64,000 nucleotides of DNA from Angustibacter luteus (GTDB taxonomy: Bacteria > Actinomycetota > Actinomycetes > Actinomycetales > Angustibacteraceae): contig NZ_BAABFP010000004.1 of the NCBI RefSeq assembly GCF_039541115.1, positions 248,001 to 312,000 of the forward strand, written 5' to 3'. The first letter of the stretch is position 1. Each line of letters starts with the position of its first letter. Made by a program: the position numbers and the translations under genes. Below, piece after piece: positions 24,627 to 34,369 of the stretch. The notes beneath the pieces are model-generated. The model saw only the letters and a program-made list of their open reading frames with translations. It ran no database searches and was not told the DNA's origin.

Positions 24627-25249
24627 CACGGGCTCCTCGTCGTCGGCGTGGGCCCGACGCTACTCACCGCCGGCCCGCGGCGGGCGACGGCCAGTCCCGC
24701 CGTCCAGCCGGGTGCGCGCCCGCCCAGCGGGGGCGCGACGTCGTCCGTGCCGATGCCGGCGCTCGCGATCAGCCACGACGTCAGCGAGTTCGAGTTCCAC
24801 ATGTCGCCGGTGCCGAGCTCGTCCCGGCCCCAGGTGGCGGTCGGCACTGTCGAGACGAGGTCGAGCACGCGTCGCGCGACGTGCGGGTCCGTGCGCAGGG
24901 TCCGTCGTCCGCCGGCGGCCTCGGCCAGGTCGGGGATGCTTCCTCCGCGCCAGCACCGCACCTCGTAGCGGAAGAACCTCGAGCGACCCAGTGCGCGCAG
25001 GCCGACCGGACCGGTCGCCACGACCCCTCGGTCACCAGAACCGTTGCCCCACACCGGAGTCATCTCGATGGTGAACCGGACGTCGTCCAGGTGGATCTCG
25101 AGCGCCGAGTGGTAGAGGTCGGACGGCATCCGGCGTGTGCGCCTGGCCACGATCGACTCGAACAGCCGGCCGTTCCAGCGCACGCAGCCCGAGCGCTCCC
25201 CCGCCCCGAGGGGCAGCCAGTAGAGGTCGACCTGCCCGGTGCTGGTCAC
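24626..25249 (-). CDS. Hypothetical protein (possible permuted papain-like fold)
   Basis: GTG 25249 overlaps the upstream stop; VDLYWLPLG...LYHSALEI...MWNSNSLTSWL. Confidence 0.65.
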   Translation of the reverse strand: MTSTGQVDLYWLPLGAGERSGCVRWNGRLFESIVARRTRRMPSDLYHSALEIHLDDVRFTIEMTPVWGNGSGDRGVVATGPVGLRALGRSRFFRYEVRCWRGGSIPDLAEAAGGRRTLRTDPHVARRVLDLVSTVPTATWGRDELGTGDMWNSNSLTSWLIASAGIGTDDVAPPLGGRAPGWTAGLAVARRGPAVSSVGPTPTTRSP

Positions 25250-26121
25250 GAGGCGCGCAGCAGCGGCCGGTACGCGACCGCAGTGAGGGACGCGAACAGG
25301 ACAGCGAAGGCGGCGAACCCGCAGAGCAGGGCGACCGAGGCGTCCGGGTCGCCCCGCAGCACCATCACCAGCGCCATCGCGGCGACGGACGTGGCCAGGC
25401 AGGCGTAGGCGGTCAGCAGCGGGTACATGACGCGAGGCGCCCAGTCGGCGCCGCGCAGCATGCCGATGCCGGTGACGACGGCGACCGGTACGACGATGCC
25501 GAGGTCCATCAGCTTCACCATCCAGAACGGCGTCGGGCTGGGCGCGTACTGGGGCATCGAGGTCGGGTCGCGCCAGGCGGTCAGCATCGTGGGCAGGTGC
25601 AGGCCGACGAGGACGAACGCCGCCACGCAGAGCAGGACGACGCCCAGGGTGCGCCCGACCCGCGGCGACAGGGCCGGCAGCACGGCGGGGGTGAGTCGTT
25701 GGCCGAGCACAACGGCCGCCCCGCCCAGGACAAACACCGCCAGCAGCAACGGGAAGAACCGCTCGACGTTGCCGGGCAGCCGCAGGTACTCCTGCCCGAT
25801 CACGACCTGGGCGTACGTGTAGAGCGCGTACGCCCCGAGTCCGGTCGCCAGCAGCGGGGACGCCGGGTGCCGGCGCCACGCGAGGGCGGCGGCTGCCAGG
25901 GTCAACGGTGCGATGAGGAACAGGGTTGCCGCGTCGCTGCCCCTGAGCTGGTTCAGCGAGGTGGACGACGTCCGGTACGCCATCGCCCCGAAGCCCACCG
26001 GCCCGAGCAGCGAGCAGGCGACCATCCCGCTGGCCAGCAGCACCAGCACCCACGCCAGGGCCCGGCTCGCCCGAGCTGCTTCCGGGGCGCGCGTGAGGGG
26101 TGGGGAGTCGAGGAGCGTCAT
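25246..26121 (-). CDS. Multi-pass membrane protein
   Basis: About eight hydrophobic segments; start ATG 26121; coupled to the downstream gene. Confidence 0.75.
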   Translation of the reverse strand: MTLLDSPPLTRAPEAARASRALAWVLVLLASGMVACSLLGPVGFGAMAYRTSSTSLNQLRGSDAATLFLIAPLTLAAAALAWRRHPASPLLATGLGAYALYTYAQVVIGQEYLRLPGNVERFFPLLLAVFVLGGAAVVLGQRLTPAVLPALSPRVGRTLGVVLLCVAAFVLVGLHLPTMLTAWRDPTSMPQYAPSPTPFWMVKLMDLGIVVPVAVVTGIGMLRGADWAPRVMYPLLTAYACLATSVAAMALVMVLRGDPDASVALLCGFAAFAVLFASLTAVAYRPLLRAS

Positions 26122-26307
26122 GGCTCGAGCGTGGTGGGTACCGCGCCGTCGCGGCAGTGCCGAACGTCCCCCCCGGTGGCACTGGCCCGGCCGGGTGAAC
26201 GTCGCCTCGGTGGTCCGCCTGGCCTGTCCGGATGTGGCTAGCATCCGCGCGCACCGTTCGTCCGCCCGCGCCGATCCGGCGTCGGCCAACCTCCCCCAGG
26301 AGCCTTC

Positions 26308-26913
26308 GTGACCACGCCGGACCAGTCCGCGCCCGAGCCCTCCCCCGAGCCCGCGTCCGAGGCCTCCCCCGAGCCCTCCCCCGTGGTGTCGCCCGGGTAC
26401 TACTCCGGGACGCCGTTCTTCAGCGAGGGGCCGGTGGCGGCGGCCGCCGCGCCGATCGAGCTGCCGCAGGAGGAGCTGGTGTCGCGCGGGCTGGCGTTCT
26501 CGCTGGGCGCGATCCCGGTCGGGATGTTCCTGGCGGTGGTGATCTGGAAGCTGGGGTTCGTCGGCGCCATCTCCAGCTTCGTGATCGCTGGCGGCGCGGT
26601 GTTCCTCTACTCCAAGGGCGCGTTGACGCCGCCGAAGCGCGGGCTCGTCCCGTTGGTCGGCGTAATCATCGTGGGGGTCGCTGCCTCGTTCCTGGCGATC
26701 GTGGCGTCCGACCTGCTCGACTACTACAAGACGCCGTCGGGCCAGGCGCTCGGCTACCCGTCGTCGTACGAGTTCGTGAAGACCAACCTGTTCAACATGG
26801 ATGTGATCACGTCGTACGGCAGCGACCTGGCGATGTTCGGCGTCTTCGCGCTGCTGGGCATCTTCGGGACGCTGCGCCGGCTGATGACCTCCGCGAAGGG
26901 CGCCCCCGCGTAG
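26308..26913 (+). CDS. Membrane protein
   Basis: P/E/S-rich N-terminus then about four TM helices; CAGGAG RBS. Confidence 0.75.
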   Translation: MTTPDQSAPEPSPEPASEASPEPSPVVSPGYYSGTPFFSEGPVAAAAAPIELPQEELVSRGLAFSLGAIPVGMFLAVVIWKLGFVGAISSFVIAGGAVFLYSKGALTPPKRGLVPLVGVIIVGVAASFLAIVASDLLDYYKTPSGQALGYPSSYEFVKTNLFNMDVITSYGSDLAMFGVFALLGIFGTLRRLMTSAKGAPA

Positions 26914-26925
26914 CTGGTCGAGGTT

Positions 26926-26969
26926 TACGTCCGCTTCTCGAGGGTCCTTCGCCTCGAGAAGCGGGCGTA
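26926..26969. terminator. Inverted repeat between convergent genes
   Basis: TACGTCCGCTTCTCGAGG ... CCTCGAGAAGCGGGCGTA, 18-nt arms with one mismatch. Confidence 0.75.
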
Positions 26970-27001
26970 CACCCACTGAACGTGATCAACGGCGGGAGGC
27001 G

Positions 27002-28669
27002 TCAGCCGGAGCCGCGGCCGGTCGAGGTGGACGCCGCGGCGACCTCGGCGGTGGTGCCGGCCTTGACGACGGTGTCGGGTGAGCGGCCGCTGGACCAGAT
27101 CGGGTCGGCGATCGCCTTCGTGAAGGCGGCGAGCGACGCCGGCGAGCTGTCCCACTTGTTGTCCGTGGTGATCTTGACCCCGTCGACGGTGTGCACGTCG
27201 ACCACGGTGTTGTTGAACCACACGAACCCGACGACGCTGGGGTCGGCCGCGAAGCCGGTCAGGCTGTCGGTGATCCACGACGCCTTGCGCGCGGTGTTGC
27301 TCACCGCGCCGGTGTTCTCCGCGGCGCCGGTCTCGGCGATCAGGATCGGCTTGCTCGGCGCGACGGCCTTGAGCTGGGTCAGCGACTTGCTGAACGTCTT
27401 GCTGAAGGACCAGCTGGTTCCCTTGTAGGAGTAGCCCGACATGCCCACCCAGTCGACGTACTGGTCGCCCGGGTAGTCCTCGGCGATCGACGTCATCCCG
27501 TAGGTGACCTGGGAGGTGTTCGTGGTGTTCGGGGTGATCCCGTTGGAGGACACCGGGGTGTAGGCCCAGATCGCCTCGTCGTTCGCGCCGACCTTCTCGA
27601 ACAGCGACCAGACGTGCTGCCAGGCCGCCCGGTACAGCGCGGGGGTGTTGTAGAACTTCTCGGCTCCGTTGTCTCCGCGCTCGAAGCGCCGGTTGCCGCC
27701 GGCGGACCACGGGTACCAGTTGCCGTTGGCCTCGTGCGCGAACCGGATCACGACCGGCTTGCCCTCGCCGACGACGTCCCCGGCGTAGCGCAGGATGTAG
27801 TCGTCCCACTCGCCGTCCACGATCTTCTGCAGCGAGGTGTCGGCCGGGTTCTTGTTGCCCTTGTGCGCGGGCATCCAGGTGATGACCGGCAGGGCGCCGC
27901 GGGCCCAGGACGCCTGCACCTTGGTGGCGTTGAAGTCCTCGTCCCAGGTGCCGAACCACTCGACCATGCTCGGCGCCTTGCCGACCTGGGTGGACAGCTT
28001 GTTCATCAGCGCCGTGTCGCCGGGGACGCCGTCCTCGGCCACCCCGAAGTACTTCGTGGCGGGCGCGACGAGCTGGGCCTTGGTCTTCACCGAGGCCGCG
28101 GGGGCGACGTACGCGCCGACCGGCTTGGACGCCGCCCGCGACGGGTCGAGGGGCAGCTGCGTGCACGCCAGGCCGTCCCCGTTGAACGGGCCCTTGGCCC
28201 CGTCCAGCCCGAGCGGGTCCGACAGGTTCTTGGCGTAGGCGGCCTGGGCGTCCTGCTGGTACGTGAAGCTCCAGCAGCCCTGGACCTTCGGCTTGCTGGC
28301 GGGCTTCACCGCGGGCTTGGCGGCGGCCGTCACGGTGGTGCGCACCGTGGGCCGGACGACCGTCGTGCTGGACGACGCCCCGGCGGTGCCGCCGTGCCAG
28401 GAGACCCCGGCGGCGCGGACGGCGGACCCGGTGCCGGCACCCGGCTTGGGCGCCGGCGTGGTGGTCGACCCGGACGGCGGAGCCACCGGCGTGGTGGTCG
28501 GCGTGGTGGTCGGGGTGGTGGTCGGTGCCGGCGCGGCGCTCGACCGCGGCTTCGCGGCGCCCGCCGACTGCGCGTCACCGGCCGGGGACAGCCACAGCGC
28601 CGTCCCGGTGCTGACGATCGCGAACGAGAGCAGGACGACGTTCAGCTTGCTAGACGAGTTGCGCGTCAT
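27002..28669 (-). CDS. Secreted glycoside hydrolase family 26 protein with Excalibur-like motif
   Basis: Signal or anchor, P/T-rich linker, PVITWMP, IRFAHEANGNWYPW, YPGDQYVDWVGMSGY, KPILIAETG, GFVWFN. Confidence 0.87.
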   Translation of the reverse strand: MTRNSSSKLNVVLLSFAIVSTGTALWLSPAGDAQSAGAAKPRSSAAPAPTTTPTTTPTTTPVAPPSGSTTTPAPKPGAGTGSAVRAAGVSWHGGTAGASSSTTVVRPTVRTTVTAAAKPAVKPASKPKVQGCWSFTYQQDAQAAYAKNLSDPLGLDGAKGPFNGDGLACTQLPLDPSRAASKPVGAYVAPAASVKTKAQLVAPATKYFGVAEDGVPGDTALMNKLSTQVGKAPSMVEWFGTWDEDFNATKVQASWARGALPVITWMPAHKGNKNPADTSLQKIVDGEWDDYILRYAGDVVGEGKPVVIRFAHEANGNWYPWSAGGNRRFERGDNGAEKFYNTPALYRAAWQHVWSLFEKVGANDEAIWAYTPVSSNGITPNTTNTSQVTYGMTSIAEDYPGDQYVDWVGMSGYSYKGTSWSFSKTFSKSLTQLKAVAPSKPILIAETGAAENTGAVSNTARKASWITDSLTGFAADPSVVGFVWFNNTVVDVHTVDGVKITTDNKWDSSPASLAAFTKAIADPIWSSGRSPDTVVKAGTTAEVAAASTSTGRGSG

Positions 28670-30107
28670 AGAGCACTCCCAGGGTCACGGCGGCGACGGC
28701 GATCAGGTAGGTCACCAGGGCGCGGGGGTCGCCGGGTTGGCTGCGCGGAGAACGCAGTGGGGACGTCGGTAGGCGGGCGGCGAGGGCCGGCGAGCTGGTC
28801 AGACCCTCGGGGTGCTCGCGACCAGGTCGGACGTCGGAGCCAGACGTCGCCTCGCCCTGGTCCGCGACGTAGGCGTCGGCCCTGGTGCCCCAGCCGCCGA
28901 TGTGCCCGAGTCGCAGGAAGCCGTACATCCGCAGCGGCATCAGGAACACCGAGCTGAACACCGTGTAGACCGGCATCAGCAGCAGGTCGACGGGACGTTC
29001 CTCGATGTGCCGGATCTGCCGCAACGCCATGGACAGCGTGGACATCAGGATCGTCAGCAGCACGATCGCGACGATGGAGACCCAGCGGTCGTGCAGGTGC
29101 AGCAGGCCGACGTACAGGTTCTGCCCGGTGTGGGTGGCCAGCCGGACGCCCCACGCGATGACGACGACCAGCAGCAGGAACGGCAGGATGATGTCGGCGA
29201 GGAAGAAGAACGCCAGGAACGGCGTGTGCACGAGCATCCAGGGCAGCATCCGCAAGGTGTTGTACTGGCTGCCGCGCGACCACCGCAGCTGCTGCTTGCG
29301 CATCTTGCGCAGCTCGGTGGGGGCGTCGGTGTAGACGAGGCTGGTCGACTGGTAGACCGTCTTGAACCCGCGCTTGAGGGCCAGGTTGGTCAGCGTCCGG
29401 TCGTCCGAGACCTCGAGGAAGACGCCGAGGAACTGCTGCGTCATGAAGTCCTGCATCGAGTCGAGCAGCACCGTGCGGCGGAAGGCGATCGTGCGTCCGG
29501 GCAGGCAGCCCACGGACCCCAGCACGCTCTGTGCGGGCATCGAGTACAGCGCGCGGCTGTTCTCCATCCAGTCCGCCCAGCGGGTCAGGAAGCCGCGCTC
29601 CGGCTCGAGGATGCGCTGGCGGGTGGTCACGCCGCCGACCGCCGGATCGGCGAACGGCTTCACCAGCTCGGGCAGCGTGTCCGTCGTCCAGATCGTGTCG
29701 CTGTCGACCAGGACGACGACGTCGCCCACCGAGGCCTCGGTGCCGAGCAGGACGGCGTTGCGCTTGCCCGCAACCGGCGTCCAGGTCCACTGCACGAGTG
29801 GCGCGAACTGCTCGCAGACCTGTTCCAGCACCGGGTTCCGCCGCCCGTTGATCACGACGATCACCTCGGTCGGCTGCTGCTCGACGATGCGCGTCAGGAC
29901 CTCGGCGAACAGGTCGACGGGCTCGTCGACCACGGGGATCACCACCGAGGTGCTGACCTCGTAGGGTGCGATCCACGGCCGGTAGCGCCACGACAGCGCG
30001 ACCTTCAGCGCCCAGATCGCCCAGGTGAGAGCGACGAACGCGCTGAACAGGTACAGGTGGCCGTGGTCGGTGATCGTGTGCCGCATCTCGAGGATCGCGA
30101 TGAACAT
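28650..30107 (-). CDS. Processive GT2 glycosyltransferase (hyaluronan synthase/NodC-like)
   Basis: GKRNA, LVDSDT, VGCLPG, SDDRTLTN, QQLRWSR (QxxRW); N- and C-terminal TM helices. Confidence 0.9.
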   Translation of the reverse strand: MFIAILEMRHTITDHGHLYLFSAFVALTWAIWALKVALSWRYRPWIAPYEVSTSVVIPVVDEPVDLFAEVLTRIVEQQPTEVIVVINGRRNPVLEQVCEQFAPLVQWTWTPVAGKRNAVLLGTEASVGDVVVLVDSDTIWTTDTLPELVKPFADPAVGGVTTRQRILEPERGFLTRWADWMENSRALYSMPAQSVLGSVGCLPGRTIAFRRTVLLDSMQDFMTQQFLGVFLEVSDDRTLTNLALKRGFKTVYQSTSLVYTDAPTELRKMRKQQLRWSRGSQYNTLRMLPWMLVHTPFLAFFFLADIILPFLLLVVVIAWGVRLATHTGQNLYVGLLHLHDRWVSIVAIVLLTILMSTLSMALRQIRHIEERPVDLLLMPVYTVFSSVFLMPLRMYGFLRLGHIGGWGTRADAYVADQGEATSGSDVRPGREHPEGLTSSPALAARLPTSPLRSPRSQPGDPRALVTYLIAVAAVTLGVLYDAQLV

Positions 30108-30112
30108 CCGGC

Positions 30113-32227
30113 TCACCCCTTCGTCGTCTGCAGGACGGACCTGGCCAGCGGCGCCAGCCAGGTGCTGTACGGCACCGTCATGTGCGAGTCGTCGCGGTAG
30201 ACCAGGACGTTCCCGACGACCGGCGGGCACTCACTCGCGGTGCAGAACCACGGCTGGGTGTCGATCGTGCGGACCGACAGCGCCTTCATCGCGGGGGCGA
30301 TGGCCGCGTGCCGGTGCGGGTAGCTGTAGGCCTTGCCCGCGCGGTAGGTGCAGGAGTCGACGGCGTCCAGGTTGCTGGCCACGCACTCCGGCAGGTTCTT
30401 GCCGGGGATCGGGATGTCCTGCAGGTAGGCGACCTCACCATCCGTCGCCGCCTTGATCCGGCTGACCGTCGTGGCGGTGGCGGCGGCGAAGTCCTCCGGT
30501 GACACGTCCCCGGGTACGACCGTCTCGGACTGGCTGACCAGGACCAGGTCCGGTTGCAGCGCACCGATCCTGGCGATCGTCTGACGACGCCACTGGTCGC
30601 ACTCGGTGTACGTGCGCTGCAGGCTCGAGTTGCGCACCGTGATCGCCGCGGCCGGGCAGGCGGACTTGGTCCAGCTGACCACCCGCCAGTGGTCGCGGTC
30701 GGCGGCGGCGACGAAGGCGGGCAGCCACTGCTCCATGTGCGAGTCGCCGAACAGCACGACCGTGCGCTTGGCGCTCGCGTCGCCGAAGACGCACGCGCCC
30801 TGCTGGACCTGGGTGAACTCGGCGTGGCAGCCGGTGCCGCGGTCGCCGGGCAGGCTGTCGGCGGCCGCGGCGGGTCGCGGGGTCAGGTTCCGCGGCGCCT
30901 GGGTGGTCTTCGTGCCGGCGGCGATGGCGTCGCGCATGACCGCGGGCACGGTGGATGTCGCCGAGTCCGACGCCGCCAGCGTGACCGCAGCGCCGTTGCC
31001 GGTCGAGCTGGGTGGGAACGCCAGGACGACGACCGAGGCCGCCACGATGGCGGCGCTGAGCCCGGCCCCCACCCCGAGCCAGGCCACGCTGGGCAGCCGG
31101 AGGGTGCGGGTGGGTTGTTCCACGAGCACGTAGCTGAGCAGCGCGGCGACCAGGGAGAGCCAGACGACGCCCGCCCGCTCGATCCAGCCGAGCTGGTGCC
31201 CCAACCCCATCGGGATGATGACGAGCATGGGCCAGTGCCACAGATACCAGGAGTAGGAGACCCGGCCCAGGCACTGCATCAGCGGCTCGGACAGCAGCCG
31301 CTCGGCGCCGACCCGGGTGCCGCAGCCCGCGGCGATGACCAGAGCCGTGCCGCCGACCGGGAGCCACGCCGCGTAGCCGGGGAACGGGGTCGAGTCGGTG
31401 TAGGTCAGGCCGGCGAGCAGGATCGCGGCCAGGCCGAGCACCGCGGCGCCGCCCCGGATCCGTTGCGGCACAGCGGTCAGCGACCGGGCGGTCAACGCGA
31501 CGAGCGCGCCGAGCCCCAGCTCCCAGGCCCGGGTGTGCAGCGAGAAGTACGCCCACGGGGCCGAGTGCTCGGTGACCGTGACCGAGTACCAGCCGGAGAC
31601 CGCGACCACGGTGACCACGACGGCGACGAGCACCTGGTGCGCCCGGCGACGGGCCACCACCATCAGCACGACGATCAGCAGCGGCCAGAGCAGGTAGAAC
31701 TGCTCCTCGACGCCGAGCGACCAGAAGTGCTGCAGCGGTGAGGCCGCCGCCCCCATGTGCTGGTAGTCCGTACCCAAGGCGGCGAGGCGGTAGTTCAGCC
31801 CGTAGAACGTGGAGTACACCGCGTCGGTCGCGATGCCGGGGACGGACAGCACTGGTGCCCACAGGCGGGCCGCGACGACGGTGGCCACGACGACCACGGC
31901 GGCGGCCGGCAGCAGGCGCCGGACGCGACCGCCGTAGAACGCCGGCAGCGCGCGGATTCCGTTGCGGCTGATGGCTTTCACGAGGTGCCGGGTGATCAGG
32001 AACCCCGAGATGACGAAGAAGACGTCGACCCCGACGTACCCGCCGGGGAAGGCGAGGTGGGCGTGGTAGAGCACGACGAGGACGACGGCGATGGCCCGCA
32101 GGCCCTCGATGTCCGGTCGGAAGCCGCGGGGTTCGCGGCGACGGCTGGGCTTGGTTGGTGCGCTGGGCCTCGCGGGGGTGACCCGGTCGAGGACGTCGAC
32201 GTCTGGAGCACTCTGAACGGTGGTCAT
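30113..32227 (-). CDS. O-acyltransferase (acyltransferase-3 plus SGNH domain)
   Basis: FRPDIEGLRAIAV, GGYVGVDVFFVISGFLIT, HFWSLGVEEQFY, SYSWYLWHWP; SGNH motifs FGDSH and YRDDSH. Confidence 0.93.
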   Translation of the reverse strand: MTTVQSAPDVDVLDRVTPARPSAPTKPSRRREPRGFRPDIEGLRAIAVVLVVLYHAHLAFPGGYVGVDVFFVISGFLITRHLVKAISRNGIRALPAFYGGRVRRLLPAAAVVVVATVVAARLWAPVLSVPGIATDAVYSTFYGLNYRLAALGTDYQHMGAAASPLQHFWSLGVEEQFYLLWPLLIVVLMVVARRRAHQVLVAVVVTVVAVSGWYSVTVTEHSAPWAYFSLHTRAWELGLGALVALTARSLTAVPQRIRGGAAVLGLAAILLAGLTYTDSTPFPGYAAWLPVGGTALVIAAGCGTRVGAERLLSEPLMQCLGRVSYSWYLWHWPMLVIIPMGLGHQLGWIERAGVVWLSLVAALLSYVLVEQPTRTLRLPSVAWLGVGAGLSAAIVAASVVVLAFPPSSTGNGAAVTLAASDSATSTVPAVMRDAIAAGTKTTQAPRNLTPRPAAAADSLPGDRGTGCHAEFTQVQQGACVFGDASAKRTVVLFGDSHMEQWLPAFVAAADRDHWRVVSWTKSACPAAAITVRNSSLQRTYTECDQWRRQTIARIGALQPDLVLVSQSETVVPGDVSPEDFAAATATTVSRIKAATDGEVAYLQDIPIPGKNLPECVASNLDAVDSCTYRAGKAYSYPHRHAAIAPAMKALSVRTIDTQPWFCTASECPPVVGNVLVYRDDSHMTVPYSTWLAPLARSVLQTTKG

Positions 32228-32437
32228 GTCGTCTCCGGAGCTGGGCAGGTGCGGATGGCACGAGGAGCAGCGGCGATCCCGGGGGTCGTCTTCGATGGCG
32301 ACCACCTGGCCGGAGTCTCATCCGGTCCAGGAGCCTCGAACCTAGGCAGCCCATGAGAACGGGACGTGTCCGGGTTTGTCCCTCCGTGTAAAGAGTGGGC
32401 ACCGGGTGATTCGGACAGGAGCGCCTACGCTGAACCG

Positions 32438-32857
32438 GTGCGCACCGTGGGCAACATCCTCTGGCTCGTCCTGGCCGGCCTCTGGCTGGCCATCGGCTAC
32501 GTGCTGGCCGGGATCGTCTGCTTCATCTTGATCATCACGATCCCGTTCGGGATCGCCAGCTTCCGGATGGCCCGCTACGCGTTGTGGCCCTACGGGCGCT
32601 CGGTCGTGCGCCGTCCGACGTCCGGGGCGATGAGTGCGATCGGGAACGTGATCTGGTTCGTGCTGTTCGGCTGGTGGCTCGCCCTGGAGCACGTGCTCGC
32701 GGGCCTGCTGCTGTGCCTGACGATCATCGGCATCCCGTTCGGCATCGCCTGCTTCAAGATGGCCGGCCTCGCCCTGTTCCCGCTGGGCAAGCAGATCGTG
32801 CCCACCAGCGAGCTCCAGGCCGCCGGGGCGCAGGACGCGGTCGTCTCGTTCGGCTGA
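32438..32857 (+). CDS. YccF domain inner membrane protein
   Basis: Two repeats of GN(I/V)(L/I)W...G.WLA......G......IPFGIA.F.MA..AL.P.G. Confidence 0.9.
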   Translation: MRTVGNILWLVLAGLWLAIGYVLAGIVCFILIITIPFGIASFRMARYALWPYGRSVVRRPTSGAMSAIGNVIWFVLFGWWLALEHVLAGLLLCLTIIGIPFGIACFKMAGLALFPLGKQIVPTSELQAAGAQDAVVSFG

Positions 32858-32886
32858 GGTCGGCTGAGGCCGGCCCAGTCGTGCCC

Positions 32887-33891
32887 TCAGGCGTCCGGCA
32901 GCCCGACCAGCTCGTGCGCGGCCCGGTTGCGGCGGATGCTGCCCAGTCCCAACCCGGCGCGTTGCAGGGTGGGGTGGTCGACCAGGGGTCGCAGGTCGGC
33001 GGGCTCCAGGTGCCCGGCCCCGACCAGGCGCAGCACTCGCAGGGCCGGGGCCGTCCGCAGCGGCCCCAGGTCACTCAGCCCGCGCATGGTCTCCAAGTGG
33101 ATGGTGTGCAGCCGGGTCAGCCGGCTCAGGTCGGGCAGCGCGGTCACCTGCCGTAGCGACTCCAGCCGCAGGGTCTCCAGCTCGTCCAGCTCGCCGATCG
33201 CGCTGAGATCGGTCAGTCCACGGACCTGCCAGAGCGCCAGGTGCCGAAGCCGCCCGACCGACGGCAGGGCGCGCAGGTCGTCCGCACTGCCCAGGTTGAC
33301 GACCAGGGTGTCCAGCCGGTCGAGGGCAGTCAGCGGCTCCAGGGCCTTCGCGTTTACCGACCGCAGGGTGAGCCGACGCAGGTCGGGAAGGGTGGCGACC
33401 GAGTCGAGGTTCGCCACGGGACCCTCGACCGACAGCTCCTGCAGGTCGCGGTAGCCGGACAGGAACGACGGCAACCGCCGCTGGCCGCTCACGGCCAAGG
33501 ACCGCAACGCGGACAGTCGGGCCAGCAGGTCGAGGTCGGCGCCCACCGGCGCCCGGACACCCAGCCGCAGCGTGTGCAGGTCGGCCGGGAGGAACCGCAA
33601 CCCCGACAGGTCGACCGGCTCGCGACCCTGCATCGTGTCGATGCCGAAGCCGGTCAGGGCCGGGTACTGCCGCAGGAACTCCAGGTGCTGGATGTCGCGC
33701 CGGTAGTTGCCGAAGACCCGCAGACCCAGCTGTGGCCGGCCGGTCGCCCAGGCGCTCAGCACGGCGTGGTCGTCGGGCCCGAGCGCCTCGTGGAACTGCA
33801 CGCTCGTCACCTCGGGGCCGACGGCCTCCAGCTCGCGCGCGTGCAGCGGCGGCGAGGCCTGGACGCGTCCGGGAGCGACAGTGGTGATCAT
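32887..33891 (-). CDS. Leucine-rich repeat protein
   Basis: Repeated LxxLxxLxL units (LSALRSLAV, LPDLRRLTL, LDRLDTLVV, LDELETLRL, LTRLHTIHL, APALRVLRL). Confidence 0.75.
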   Translation of the reverse strand: MITTVAPGRVQASPPLHARELEAVGPEVTSVQFHEALGPDDHAVLSAWATGRPQLGLRVFGNYRRDIQHLEFLRQYPALTGFGIDTMQGREPVDLSGLRFLPADLHTLRLGVRAPVGADLDLLARLSALRSLAVSGQRRLPSFLSGYRDLQELSVEGPVANLDSVATLPDLRRLTLRSVNAKALEPLTALDRLDTLVVNLGSADDLRALPSVGRLRHLALWQVRGLTDLSAIGELDELETLRLESLRQVTALPDLSRLTRLHTIHLETMRGLSDLGPLRTAPALRVLRLVGAGHLEPADLRPLVDHPTLQRAGLGLGSIRRNRAAHELVGLPDA

Positions 33892-34006
33892 CGACGGCGA
33901 ATGTAGCGGCGGGACGGACGTGCGGTGGGCGAAACGGACCATCTGCACCCGTGCGGCCGCAGCGGGGCCGTCGTGCCAGCATGGCGCGTGTGAACGGGAG
34001 CATGAG

Positions 34007-34369
34007 GTGACCGGACCGCTGACCTTCGTCCTCGCCACGGGGTGTCTGCTGTTCGCGCTGTGGGTGGCCTTCCTGCTGATGCGCGACCGCCAGATCGGCC
34101 GGGCGACCGTGCTGGCCGCCGCGGCGCTCGAGGTCGGGTTCGTCGTCCAGGCGGTGCTCGGGATCGTGCTGCTGATCGGCACCGACCGGGACGTGAACGG
34201 CATCGTGTTCGTGGCCTACCTGATCGGCGCGCTGATCGTGCTGCCCGCCGGGGTGTGGTGGGCGCGGGCCGAGCCGAGCTCGTGGGGCACCGGGGTCCTG
34301 GTCGTCGCGGCCCTCGTGGACGCCGTCCTGCTGGCCCGCCTGCACGACATCTGGAACGGCCGGGCGTGA
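34007..34369 (+). CDS. Small integral membrane protein
   Basis: Four hydrophobic segments; GAGCATGAG before GTG; GTGA overlap with the next gene. Confidence 0.75.
   Translation: MTGPLTFVLATGCLLFALWVAFLLMRDRQIGRATVLAAAALEVGFVVQAVLGIVLLIGTDRDVNGIVFVAYLIGALIVLPAGVWWARAEPSSWGTGVLVVAALVDAVLLARLHDIWNGRA

Noticed and set aside
32228..32437. Possible riboswitch upstream of the polysaccharide cassette
   Set aside because: I could not match c-di-AMP, c-di-GMP or other riboswitch consensus elements; an Rfam cmscan would settle it.
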